A DNA stretch of 64,000 nucleotides, from assembly GCA_950097015.1 (NCBI GenBank), contig CATNEN010000029.1, positions 6,696,001 to 6,760,000 of the forward strand, given 5' to 3'. Under the pieces are notes generated by a model. It was not told the origin of the DNA. It saw only the letters and a list, made by a program, of their open reading frames with translations, and did no database searches. Positions 1 through 12,329 of the stretch are shown here, piece by piece. The translations under genes and the position numbers were made by a program. Each line of letters starts with the position of its first letter. Position 1 is the first letter of the stretch. Source of the DNA: Macrostomum hystrix (taxonomy: Eukaryota > Animalia > Platyhelminthes).

Positions 1-312
1 GGTTATAGGATGTCAGGAGTGTAGGTTATAGGATGTCAGGAGAGTAGGTTATAGGATGTCAGGAGTGTAGGCTATAGGGTGCCAGGACTGTAGGTTATAG
101 GATGTCAGTAGAGTAGGTTATAGGATGTCAGGAGAGTAGGTTATAGGATGTCAGTAGAGTAGGTTATAGGATGTCAGGAGTGTAGGCTATAGGGTGCCAG
201 GACTGTAGGTTATAGGATGTCAGGAGAGTAGGTTATAGGATGTCAGGAGAGTAGGTTATAGGATGTCAGGAGAGTAGGTTATAGGATGTCAGGAGAGTAG
301 GTTATAGGATGT
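1..312. repeat. 23-bp minisatellite (GGTTATAGGATGTCAGGAGAGTA), truncated by window edge
   Basis: About 13 near-identical tandem units visible directly. Confidence 0.95.
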
Positions 313-674
313 CAGACTTGCGTACAGTGTTTCAGGATAGCCAGGAGTCAGGTGAAAATGTAAAACTTTTTTTTTTTCACTACGGGAAGGAAACTTATTA
401 ACGAGCAAAAGTCACTACTGTTAGTAGAAATGCACAATCGACACAATTTAGGAAAATAAAAAACATGACTTTATACAATGGCAGACGTACGAGTATAATT
501 TTTGTAAATCAGAAAATACTAATCCAAAGATTTTTAACCTACTGCATAAAATGGGAAAAAAGAAATGAGAACAGAAATTCTTCATTTGACGGAAGGCGAA
601 AAGCATGCTGAAATTTACGAGTAAAGTGGAACATTATTACTGACATAACTGCATTTCTACGCATTCTGTGGTCA

Positions 675-1002
675 CTGGAATCTGTCACACTGCTCTGGAA
701 TCTGCCACACTGCTCTGGAATCTGTCACACTGCTCTGGAATCTGCCACACTGCTCTGGAATCTGTCACACTGCTCTGGAATCTGCCACACTGCTCTGGAA
801 TCTGCCACACTGCTCTGGAATCTGTCACACTGCTCTGGAATCTGTCACACTGCTCTGGAATCTGCCAAACTGCTCTGGAATCTGTCACACTGCTCTGGAA
901 TCTGTCACACTGATCTGGAATCTGTCACACTACTCTGGAATCTGTCACACTGATCTGGAATCTGTCACACTGATCTAGAATCTGTCACACTGATCTGAAA
1001 TC
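675..1002. repeat. 20-bp minisatellite (CTGGAATCTGTCACACTGCT)
   Basis: About 16 tandem units; explains ORFs 668..913 and 685..888. Confidence 0.95.
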
Positions 1003-1684
1003 TTTTACGAGGCGTGCAGAAATGATTGTCTCAATACAGAGTGACTCATTGACTGCCATTGGCAAACGCTTCCACAAATGTTTCAATAGCTCAGTATGCA
1101 ATTAGCTTTAAATTAGAAAGAGCATTTTCGGAACATTTCGGTATTACAGCAAGCAGAAGGAACGAGTTAATGTAAATTCATATGCTCATAATAGTGTATT
1201 AGTACAACTTGAGATCGAATTCTGGATTAGTTGACACAACTGATTTGATTGGCTGAGAATAGTCACGCGCCTAGTGACTCACACAGTTTGTTTCTAAAAA
1301 TAGAACGTCAGCTTGCAGTTGGCACTGGCGCGCATCGACAGTCGACCCGCAGCCAATGAGGAGGCAATTCTGCCCATTCCGTTGACACCTGAGAACAGCA
1401 ATGGCGCGGATTGTAATATCAAATTAAAAATTTGGCTATCAAATAAAATAAACTAACTTTTACGATTCTTACCAATTTCCATATTATATACTACTTACGA
1501 GTACTCAAGTAGACATATTGAAGATACTTAAATATATTTTATTTGAGTTACGCGATTTTTGGTCTGCCGCTGCTGTAATACACAGCGAGTGTTATTATGA
1601 CAATAATAATTGATTGTGCGATCAGTCATTACAAGTTCAGGGATTTATATAATCATTATTGGTAAGTATCGAGTATTAAAAAAG

Positions 1685-2172
1685 GGTTGTAGCCAAGTGG
1701 TTAGAGCGTCGGACCTACGAATGGAAGTGTCGTGTCGTTTAGAGTGACTCTTATGTTTGTTAGTTTGGAGCGAACTCGATAATATATTTGTGCATCAGTC
1801 ACATCACTTATATAGAACGCGAGATACAAGTACAACGTGCGATATTATTGAGCGGTGGCCACGTGCCACACAATAGGCATGTACATTAATAGGTCAGTGA
1901 AGAGTTAAAGGACATTGGCGGCACCGTGCCCGCCCACGCTCAGGCTATCAATGCGCCTGGCCGCGATAGACCGACGGCGCCACAGGAAGGTCGGGGGTTC
2001 GATTCGAATTTCGACAGGAACAATATGTATCAAGATAATTAACTCTACATTGCTTCAGTTCACCCAGCTGTTAGCATTAGCTGAGGGTGGGTGTGGCGTC
2101 CCCGCATTAGCTGCGGCTGTGCTGTCGGCTGCACGTGTGACCCAATCGGGACAGATGTAATCAATTATTTAT
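1685..2172 (+). mobile_element. tRNA-derived SINE, interrupted in its head by a ~265-bp insert
   Basis: A-box-like GTTGTAGCCAAGTGGTTAGAGCGTCGGAC at ~1686-1714. B-box part GAAGGTCGGGGGTTCGATTC resumes at ~1986. Body TTGCTTCAGTTCACCCAGCTG...GCATTAGCTGCGGCTGTGCTGTCGGCTGCAC matches copies at 11351 and 29416. Confidence 0.75.
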
Positions 2173-3659
2173 TCTTGTTATTAATTTGAGTATTTAAAAG
2201 CGGGTCATTTTTCATGAAGTCTATATTAATAGGACATGGAAATGAGTAATTTTGGGATATTTAATTGATTGGGGATTGAATAACCATGGCATCGGCAGGG
2301 ACAACTAAAACAGAATGCGGCAAATTTATTTAGCCGCAGTTGGCACTCCCACTGTTTGACTGGCGTAAGGGAGGACGCTGGAGCTACAGCAGCTTGAAGG
2401 CCTCGTTCAGGTGCAGAGGCAGTTGATGGCTTGCGAGAGTGACACTTGGTCCGCAATCACCAGCAGCTGCTGGTAGAGATGCAGCAGCCTACCGAAGAAG
2501 ATGACGATGACTTATTTAGAATTCCAATTCTACTCCCCAATGACAGCTCCAACCTTCATGCACATGTAAACCACATAGCTGCTCGCCCCAGCGGGACACT
2601 GCCTGTGAGGTATGCCTCACGCCTGCAGTTACTTTTTGAGCAGATTAGGGCAAGAGTTGCCCTGCGCCTCCAGGCACAGGAATCCCCCACGCTGTTCCGT
2701 CAGCTCACCCATGGGTTCCCCAAATGTTCAAGGCTGACCCTAGGGCAGCCGGACATTGTGCGCAATAGCGCTGGACGACCCATTCAGGGCATCTGGCCGA
2801 ATGGGGTACAGGGCTTGTCCCCGGCCAAACTACCTTCTTCTGGACGCGGGCGTCTCCATCCAGAAGCAACGTGCCTTCAGCAAGCAGAACCTTTGGCCCC
2901 ACGGCCAAATATCATCATAGAGACCCACAGAGCAGCTAAACTGTGCTCTGCTCTGCTTTCACTATCACTGAACTCAATCATTATTCATTATTTATCATTG
3001 ATCATTATTCATTATTGATCATTGATCATTATATATGGTCGTTAAATAACGGGACGCCACCTGGAGAATTTTGTCGCTAGCGATTTGTGCGCAATGTTCT
3101 AACTATACTACTGCCAAACATACTGTAGTCTGTTGCAGCTACAGTACTGCAGCGAATCATGTTGGTGTCAGTGTTGGCTAGAACAATATTTATCCGCACC
3201 AATGCCAGGTTAGCCCATTCCGAAATTAGTTATTTGGCACAGACAGTCACAGACAGCGCCTGCAGCATCCCCCCAAATAAGCAGCAGAATGCAGAAATCT
3301 TATTAGTCATTTTTGCCTGCTTTTTTGCCTCTCTCCTCGATCTCTCTTGACTAGGGCAATATTTCCTTTTGATCTACCGACACTCGCATGCGCCATTTAT
3401 CCAACCAGACCAGACACCTAAAACCTGAGTGATGCTAGCTTCAGCTACATCTGCGTATCTTCCGCTTCATCCTTTAAAGCTTTGTACGGCCGCCGCCGCA
3501 ACCGCCGCTGCCTGATTATCGGCACAATGTCCGGCTTTAAAGTGCAAAGTGCACGATAGCAACATCGTCATGTGTTGGAATGTTTAAACTGGAAGTTTCG
3601 CACTGAGCTCCATTGTATGGATGACTTCTGGCAGACCTTGGAAGCATCACCTATGCCTG

Positions 3660-4760
3660 TCTGCCACTCCGCCTGTCTGTCTACCCGTCGGTCTCCCCGT
3701 ATATCTGTCTCTTTGTAGTCTGTCACTCTGTCTGTCACTCTGTCTGACTCTTCGCCTGTCTGTCTCCCTGTCTGTCTCCCTGTCTGTCTCCCTGTCTGTC
3801 TCCCTGTCTGTCTCCCTGTCTCTTTCCCTGTCTGTCTCCCTGTCTATCTCCCTGTCTGTCTCCCTGTCTGTCTCCCTGTCTGTCTTCCTGTCTCTTTCCC
3901 TGTCTGTCTCCCTGTCTGTCTCCCTGTCTGTCTCCCTGTCTGTCTCCCTGTCTGTCTCCCTGTCTGTCTCCCTGTCTGTCTCCCTGTCTGTCTCCCTGTC
4001 TGTCTTCCTGTCTGTCTTCCTGTCTGTCTCCCTGTCTATCTCCCTGTCTGTCTCCCTGTCTGTCTCCCTGTCTGTCTTCCTGTCTGTCTTCCTGTCTCTT
4101 TCCCTGTCTGTCTCCCTGTCTGTCTCCCTGTCTGTCTCCCTGTCTGTCTCCCTGTCTCTTTCCCTGTCTGTCTCCCTGTCTCTTTCCCTGTCTGTCTCCC
4201 TGTCTGTCTCCCTGTCTGTCTCCCTGTCTGTCTCCCTGTCTGTCTCCGTCTCTTTCCCTGTCTGTCTCCCTGTCTGTCTCCCTGTCTGTCTCCCTGTCTT
4301 TCTTCCTGTCTCTTTCCCTGTCTGTCTCCCTGTCTGTCTCCCTGTCTGTCTCCCTGTCTGTCTTCCTGTCTGTCTTCCTGTCTCTTTCCCTGTCTGTCTC
4401 CCTGTCTGTCTCCCTGTCTGTCTTCCTGTCTGTCTTCCTGTCTCTTTCCCTGTCTGTCTCTTTGTCTCTTAAAGTCTTTCACTTTAGTCTGCCACTCCGC
4501 CTGTCTGTCTACCCGTCGGTCTCCCCGTATATCTGTCTCTTTGTAGTCTGTCACTCTGTCTGTCACTCTGTCTGACTCTTCGCCTGTCTGTCTCCCTGTC
4601 TGTCTCCCTGTCTGTCTCCCTGTGTCTCCCTGTCTGTCTTCCTGTCTGTCTCCCTGTCTGTCTCCCTGTTGTCTCCCTGTCTGTCTCCCCATCTATCTGT
4701 CTCTTTGTCTCTTAAAGTCTTTCACTTTAGTCTGTCACTCTGTCTGTCTCTCTGTGTCCT
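3660..4760. repeat. CTGT/CCCTGT-based 12-bp simple repeat with a local segmental duplication
   Basis: (TGTCTGTCTCCC)n; the ~110-bp leader at ~3659 recurs at ~4488. Confidence 0.9.
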
Positions 4761-5594
4761 TTTGTCTGTATCCCCAACTTTTAAATAATCTCAATATGAT
4801 TGAATCTGGCTGCATGGCTTTGGAAGTAAAGTTAAATGATCTGAAAACCTTAAGGCTTTCAGATTAATCGTGGTCTATACTCGATGTTAAATCAAGCAAG
4901 CTGAACTGACACTGCGGTTGCCATGCACCTCGAATGTTTGAAAAATGGAAACTTTCTAGAAATCACAGGGTCTCAAAACTGAAAATCGGAACCAGATTCC
5001 CATAACTGCCCGAATCGTTCCTTATGGAAAACACTCGGGAGATCGGGAGATGGAGCCGTTCCGCTAAATCCCAATTCCCAATGGAAGAAAGATTCATGAC
5101 CTGCACGATGGGCCCTTGAGAATATTTCCAACTAAACTGTCTTCAGCGCAGAATATGAAATTCAAAAGTCGTCTTCAATGTCTAGATAGATCTAAACAGC
5201 AGGGGGCAGTCGTGGAGGCGGTCATGCAGGTAACATCAATGGGTTGCCGCGCCCACAAGCCCCACTCACCCTGCCTCATCAATCTTAGGCTTTCGAGCGA
5301 GCTTCCCGTGTGGTGTCTCCCATCGCCTGCCCCCGTCTTCTCCGCCGATTCCGTATGTCGGCTAGATGTTGTTGGGCCCGTATGCTATATCGATATATAT
5401 CTATGCTAATTTCAACTGATAATTAATTAGTTATATTTCTTTGAATTCACCTTTTTGTCATGCTTACAGATTTATAGGAATAAAGTTAATGACCTTTCAG
5501 TGGCAAAAATGTTTGAGGGGGAAAAATTTCTCTTTTAAATTCCTTTCTGGTAAAAACTTTCAGAGAAACCAAACGGTAATCTATTAGGTCAGAT

Positions 5595-6200
5595 AAGACA
5601 GACAGAAAGAGACAGACATACGAATGGACAGACAGAAAGAGACAGACAAAAAGAGACAGACAGAGACAGACAGAAAGAGACAGACAGAAACAGACACACA
5701 AAAAGAGACAGACAGAAAGAGACAGACAAAAAGAGACAGACAGAGACAGACAGAAAGAGACAGACAGAAACAGACACACAAAAAGAGACAGACAGAAAGA
5801 GACGGACAGACAGGAAGAGACACATAGAAAGAGACAGACAGACAGAAAGAGACAGAGAGGCAGAAAGAGACAGACAGGCAGAAAGAGACAGACAGACGAA
5901 TAGACAGACAGAAAGAGACAGACAGACGAATAGACAGACAGAAAAAGACAGACAGACGAATAGACAGACAGAAAGAGACAGACAGACGAATAGACAGACA
6001 GAAAAAGACAGACAGACGAATAGACAGACAGACGAATAGACAGACAGACGAATAGACAGACGGAAAGAGACAGACAGACGAATAGACAGACAGAAAGAGA
6101 CAGACAGACGAATAGACAGACAGACGAATAGACAGACAGACGAATAGACAGACGGAAAGAGACAGACAGAAAGAGACAGACATAAAGAGACAGACATATA
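5595..6200. repeat. GACA-rich compound micro/minisatellite
   Basis: (GACAGACAGAAAGA)n and (GACAGACGAATAGACA)n variants. Confidence 0.9.
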
Positions 6201-6674
6201 CAACTGCCACATCTTAAGAGAATTTTATTTAAATTTATGCTCATATACGAGTACAATTAGAAATAATTTTCAGACAATTAAAAGCTTATTTTCCTTAGCA
6301 ATCGTACTTTGAATACAGAGGCAATGCAGGTTTGTCCGCCTGCCGGTTGAGCAGCTTTTGAAATTGACAAATTGTCAATTATGCAAACAGGGCATTAGTT
6401 GTGCTCAACCCAGTCAACAGCCTCTTGATATAGAAGTAGAAAACGATGAGTAAAATGCTTCAGCGGAGCAAGCTAAAGTACTTGACTGCTAACTTCTCTA
6501 TATACAGTAGCTTCTCTATATGATTGTTTCATTTTTTTATTTTCACCTGACCCCCCATTCGGGTGAGTGAGTGAGTCTGGGAGTTCTTGGTAAAGTTTTA
6601 AGCTTGCATATGAAAAACGAAATAACTAAATAAATAGCAGCTAAATTAGCGGCCTCTTCTTTCATCTTTTGTAG

Positions 6675-6778
6675 GCTTTTAGCGCCGCAGCTTACAGAGT
6701 CACCTGCTACACCACCCCCCTCCTCCGCACTGCCTGCGGTTGCACAGTCTGTCACATCAGCTAGCCAGACAGGAGGAG
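6675..6778 (+). CDS. Possible upstream coding exon of the Hox3 gene (LTESPATPPPSSALPAVAQSVTSASQTGG)
   Basis: Clustered acceptors (TTTTGTAG, TTTTAG, CCGCAG). Ser/Pro/Ala-rich open frame. A putative GC donor (GAG|GCAAGA) at 6778/6779 is phase 1, matching the acceptor at 7467. Not confirmed by homology. Confidence 0.3.
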
Positions 6779-7467
6779 GCAAGAGAGAGAGAGAGAGAGA
6801 GAGAATGAAATAAGAAGCGGTGCGGCTGCACAAAGCCAAACTTGCTGTTGCCACCGCCACTTCTAAGCTTTTTTCTCATAGTATGGAATGATATATAACA
6901 TGCATATATGAGTATTTATGCTTATACTTGTAGCGGTTTCGGGGTCTCGGTAAGCCATCATAAATTATTCGAAATATTATACAGCAAAAAATATAGTGTC
7001 GAACTGCTGACTGACTTCTGTTACCGTCTCTGCTTTGTAATTCAGACGCTTTGGCCTCGGCCGTTTCTGTGTCAAGCCTATCAAACTAAATTAGTGACTG
7101 TAATATATGCACTGTAAAAGCCACCTCGTGTCGATAGATGAAGCTATGAATAGTCTATGGGAGAAGTCAGTGTGTACCCGAATTGAAATAGTTTTTTTGT
7201 GACAGAATTAACAAAGGAGGATTTCAGTTGAAATCTTTCATTCGGCGTGGCGTTCGGACAATTCCGAATTTCACAGCGGACCCCGCCCAGCCAACCACAG
7301 GCCGGCTCGCCAGTCTCTCCCGCTCACTGGGGGTGGGTGGATGAGTTTTTGATCGAGTGGAAACACCGCCTATAATTTCATTTCTGCCTATATAGAAAAC
7401 TAGAGAATTTGAAACGCAAGACAGCAAAGTACCTGGCACTGTAGGAGAACTTTTCTTTAGCTTCCAG

Positions 7468-7767
7468 TTGGTCATTCAGCATTGAAGAGCTTGAGAAAGC
7501 GTGAAATGACAGGTGTACAGCAGCGCAGCTCACTGCACAGGTCATCCGGCAGCGGGGGACATCAGCACCAGCTGATGCTGCAGCCAAACTCGCTGGCACA
7601 TCATCCAATCTATCCCTGGATGATGGAGAGTCGGGGCCACAGCGGCGGCGGCGGCAGCGGCGCCGGCGGAGGAGGAATCAACGGCAGCGTCGGAGCATCA
7701 ACAAGGTCGGCGGGACGTCAGGCCCTGGGTTCAACGACGGTTGAAGAGCTCGGCAAAGACGAAGTTG
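7468..7767 (+). CDS. Hox3: Hox3-class gene, hexapeptide exon (5' end unresolved)
   Basis: PIYPWMMESR matches the Hox3 hexapeptide context (IFPWMKESR). Donor G|GTGAGT at 7767/7768 is phase 1 and matches the homeobox exon acceptor, giving ...[14 protein letters not shown]. Confidence 0.85.
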
Positions 7768-7789
7768 GTGAGTGCGGTATACGCTTCAA

Positions 7790-9270
7790 TGGAGTCGGGA
7801 AGATTGTCTGGAACAGAGGTGGAGAGAAAGTCGGGGAAATATGTAGAGAGAGTCTGGAAGAGATGTCGAGAGAGTCTGGGAGAGATGTCGAGAGAGTCTG
7901 GGAGAGATGTCGAGAGAGTCTGGGAGAGATGGAGAGAGTCTGGTAGAGATCGAGAGAGAGTCTGGTAGAGATCGAGAGAGAGTCTGGTAGAGATCGAGAG
8001 AGAGTCTGGTAGAGATCGAGAGAGAGTCTGGTAGAGATTGAGAGAGAGTCTGGTAGAGATTGAGAGAGAGTCTGGTAGAGATGGAGAGAGAGTCTGGGAG
8101 AGATCGAGAGAGAGTCTGGGAGAGATCGAGAGAGAGTCTGGTAGAGATCGAGAGAGTCTCGTAGAGATTGAGAGAGAGTCTGGTAGAGATCGAGAGAGAG
8201 TCTGGTAGAGATCGAGAGAGAGTCTGGTAGAGATCGAGAGAGAGTCTGGTAGAGATTGAGAGAGAGTCTGGGAGAGATCGAGAGAGAGTCTGGTAGAGAT
8301 CGAGAGAGTCTCGTAGAGATTGAGAGAGAGTCTGTTAGAGATCGAGAGAGAGTCTGGTAGAGATTGAGAGAGAGTCTGGTAGAGATCGAGAGAGTCTGGT
8401 AGAGATTGAGAGAGAGTCTGGGAGAGATCGAGAGAGAGTCTGGTAGAGATCGAGAGAGTCTCGTAGAGATTGAGAGAGAGTCTGTTAGAGATCGAGAGAG
8501 AGTCTGGTAGAGATTGAGAGAGAGTCTGGTAGAGATCGAGAGAGTCTCGTAGAGATTGAGAGAGAGTCTGTTAGAGATCGAGAGAGAGTCTGGTAGAGAT
8601 TGAGAGAGAGTCTGGTAGAGATCGAGAGAGTCTCGTAGAGATTGAGAGAGAGTCTGTTAGAGATCGAGAGAGAGTCTCGAAGAGATTGAGAGAGCCTGGT
8701 AGAGATCGAGAGAGAGTCTGGTAGAGATCGAGAGAGAGTCTGGTAGAGATTGAGAGAGAGTCTGGGAGAGATCGAGAGAGAGTCTGGTAGAGATCGAGAG
8801 AGTCTCGTAGAGATTGAGAGAGAGTCTGGTAGAGATCGAGAGAGAGTCTGGTAGAGATTGAGAGAGAGTCTGGTAGAGATCGAGAGAGTCTCGTAGAGAT
8901 TGAGAGAGAGTCTGTTAGAGATCGAGAGAGAGTCTGGTAGAGATTGAGAGAGAGTCTGGTAGAGATCGAGAGAGTCTCGTAGAGATTGAGAGAGAGTCTG
9001 TTAGAGATCGAGAGAGAGTCTCGTAGAGATTGAGAGAGAGTCTGGTAGAGATCGAGAGAGTCTCGTAGAGATTGAGAGAGAGTCTGTTAGAGATCGAGAG
9101 AGAGTCTCGTAGAGATTGAGAGAGAGTCTGGTAGAGATCGAGAGAGTCTCGTAGAGATTGAGAGAGAGTCTGTTAGAGATCGAGAGAGAGTCTCGTAGAG
9201 ATTGAGAGAGAGTCTGGTAGAGATCGAGAGAGTCTCGTAGAGATTGAGAGAGAGTCTGTTAGAGATTGAG
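7790..9270. repeat. 22/20-bp purine-rich minisatellite (GAGAGAGTCTGGTAGAGATCGA) in Hox3 intron
   Basis: More than 60 tandem units starting about 25 nt after the donor. Confidence 0.95.
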
Positions 9271-9724
9271 TGACGGTAATTAAAAGAAGTATGAAGTGTT
9301 AAACTGAGGTAAACTGTGGGAACTAAAACTGTACGTGGTGTCCAGAGCAGAAACGTATGGTCAGCACATGGTAGTATTTTACTGAGATGTCAGGCGTTTA
9401 AAGGGCTAGCTAATACTGCTGCAGGGCTAACCTCACAGACTGTTAAAGGTTGACAACTTTAATGCGCTTGCATTGGCTGCTGCTTATTTACGGCGATCAG
9501 CTGTGCGACCGCATATTAGAAAATACAGATGGGCAAGCCCTGCACAGAAAGCTTTGAAATTTACTCTGCACAAGTAGCCATTGCTGTCGCTAATAAATTT
9601 ACCCTTCATACAGAGGCATATGACAAATTCAGCTGCTTTTGTAGGCCGAATAAGTGCACAAGTACAAAGTTGATTTCATTGCTACGCAAAAAATTGACGC
9701 CGAGCTGAAGCACAAGCTACAGCT

Positions 9725-9995
9725 GGAATCGTAGCAGGAGTCGCTGACAGAATTGAGAATCGAAGCAGGAGTCGCTGAAAGAGCTTAGAATCGAAGCAGG
9801 AGTCACTGCTCAGAATTGAGAATCGAAGCAGGAGTCGCAGCTCAGAATTGAGAATCGAAGCAGGAGTCGCAGCTCAGAATTGAGAATCGAAGCAGGAGTC
9901 GCTGCTCAGAATTGAGAATCGAAGCAGGAGTCGCAGCTCAGAATTGAGAATCGAAGCAGGAGTCGCAGCTCAGAATTGAGGATCGAAGCAGGAAT
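9725..9995. repeat. 32-bp minisatellite (GAATTGAGAATCGAAGCAGGAGTCGCAGCTCA)
   Basis: About 8 tandem units. Confidence 0.9.
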
Positions 9996-11350
9996 CCGTA
10001 AATAACTCGAACATTTACAGCAAAAATTGAAATCGAATAATTATCTTCTATGCTCGTCTTTAAAAAAGCGGGGAATTTTTTTGAGCACTGATATTCCAGG
10101 CCGCTGAATTATTCTCAGTCCGTTGAGCAGCATGGCGCTGGCCGAGTTGAGCTCGAAGATGGCTGCCGCGTGGCTGCTCGGGGGTCATTTGTCAATGTTG
10201 ATCCCTCACGCCACACTGAAGATGAGAAATAGTAGAATGAGAGATTTGGTTGGGGTGGAATGGAATTTCTGCCTTCTCTTTAGTGACAAGTTGGTGGAAT
10301 GGGAAGCGGAATTTCGGCTCCCCCCGGGCCGGATGCGCCCCCTCCTTTGAAGGGAGCCGCCTCCGATGCGCGGGTCTCGCTGACCGGATGGGAGGAGCCA
10401 AATAGGGGAAAAATCGGGAAATGAAAGGTATTTTCCCAAAAAAAATCTGGGGAAGTGGAGTGAGTATAGCATTGTGAGCTGTGAGCTCAGTGCGTGAAAA
10501 GAAAGTCAATTAATCTTTTCTAGCCGGCGGCCGGTGCGGACAAATGATAGATGGCGGCCCGGGAGCTCTTTTGTCTGTTCTGGCAGGAGGCGCGGCGGAG
10601 GCTGCATGATGCACCGAGCGCGGGGAGGGAGGGATCTAGCAAAGAAAATGAGAAGATGAAGAAGAAGCGAATTGGGATTGGGATCGGATTCGACGAAGGG
10701 GATAATTTCTGTTTTGCATATTTTTCATGATGCCGCTAGGAATGAAAAGTAGGGAGGAGCATTGTGCCGGGTAGGTGCGGCTGGCTCAGCTGCAGGCGAG
10801 TACGCGGCACTGGCGAGATTGATGACCCGAGCGGAGCTGCGAGTCTGCAGGGATTCAACTCTCAACTGCTCTTCCTGTACGCATTAATAATAACTGCCGC
10901 TGTCGTTATTATAAATATGATTGCTTTCCTTCCCAATATTCACCTGCCATGATGTGGGCCGGGCAAACCTTTGAGATCTGACTGTGATTTTTAAGAGAAT
11001 GAGAAACATGACTCGGCTACTATACTTCGTATTTTCCATATTAATTATTAAGTTGTCCGCTAAAACTGCCCGATCGTTCGCATTCGCAAAATTTCTTTTA
11101 ACGAAATTTCAGTTTTTTTAGTTTCTTTAGCAAATAAAAAAAGTTTTTTTTTTAAATAAAGACCTAATTTAAATCAGCCCGCAATTTAATTTTCCCTACC
11201 TCAAAATTCTCTTCCCCCTGAAATCGCACTTATCCAGAATTTTGTTTCTGTAACTTTTTATTTCCTGGAAAATTCACTTTCCTAGAAAAATCACCTTTCC
11301 GTTCAATTTGTCGTTCTGAAACTTTTTTCACGGAAAATTAAATTTTTACA

Positions 11351-11648
11351 AGAGGTTGTAGCCTTGTGGTTAGAGCGTCGGACTCGGACTCACGAAGGTC
11401 GGGGGTTCGATTCCCGAACAATTATTGTTCTTTAAAGCAAGGCACTTAAATCTGCATTGCTTCAGTTCACCCAGCTGTTAAATTGGTACCAGCATTAGCT
11501 GGGATAATTGACAGTGGGTGTGGCATCCCCCCAGTCCATACGCAGCCGTACAGCCGTACGCAGCCTTCAAATGCGCCGCGCATTAGCTGCGGCTGTGCTG
11601 TCGGCTGCACATCTGGCCTGATTGGGGCAAGGTGTAATTAATTAAAAA
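11351..11648 (+). mobile_element. Full-length tRNA-derived SINE with CORE-like central domain
   Basis: A box TAGCCTTGTGG and B box GGTTCGATTCC. Centre GCAAGGCACTTAAATCTGCATTGCTTCAGTTCACCCAGCTGTTAAATTGG resembles the MIR/CORE block GCAAGTCACTTAACCTCTCTG-GCCTCAGTTTCCTCATCTGTAAAATGG. A/T-rich tail. Homologous copies at 1685, 29416 and 43465. Confidence 0.85.
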
Positions 11649-12329
11649 AAGAGAAATAATTGTTTACTTTCCAAAAAGCTAGCGATTAACTGCGAACGTT
11701 GGAATTTATAAAATATATTTTAAGTCATTGTCGAATGACTTTCAAGCATTCAAGCAGTGACATTCAAGCAGCCTAAGCAGCAGCAGCAGCAGCTTCAACG
11801 ATTGGGGCCGAAAATATTGCTAACGGAAGTAGATGGGGTTAAGAAGGCTAAGATGTGGATCATAAATAACTCAACTGGGGCGGAGTTGTTAAGGGGGTGG
11901 AGAGGCTGGTGCCGCACCTTGCATCGGATTTTAGTTGCTAACCCCCAGCCAGCGATTCTCCGAAAATCCAAGGTGTGGGGTGGGCGTGCACAGCATGTAG
12001 GAAAATTTATTAACCTTCGTTTTGCCTTTTGCCAAATGAATTAGAACTAAAGAAATGCTGAAATATGTTGGCCTGCCGACAGCTTCTAAGATCATCCATT
12101 TGCATTGGATTCTATTCTCTTTGTTAGCTTACAGCTCCTGTGCACCAACTATTGGGTGCAATTAGCCGTTTAAAGCATTATTTTAGCTGGCCAAAATCAC
12201 CATCATCATTAAATTTTACTGGAATTATTAAATCATAACGGATATTGACTAGCTCATGGATTGGAAATACTGTTCTGTTTGGCCTTTTACGATACCTTAT
12301 CAAACTAGAATATACTTTTCTCTGATAGA

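Noticed and set aside
3140-3208. Candidate first coding exon of Hox3 (donor CCAG|GTTAGC at 3208)
   Set aside because: A phase-compatible join to 6675 exists, but the peptide has no Hox-like feature and several alternative joins are equally possible
11351-11420. tRNA gene calls for the A/B-box heads at 1686, 11351, 29694, 43465 and 53170
   Set aside because: No complete cloverleaf, and each continues into a shared non-tRNA body, so they are SINE heads
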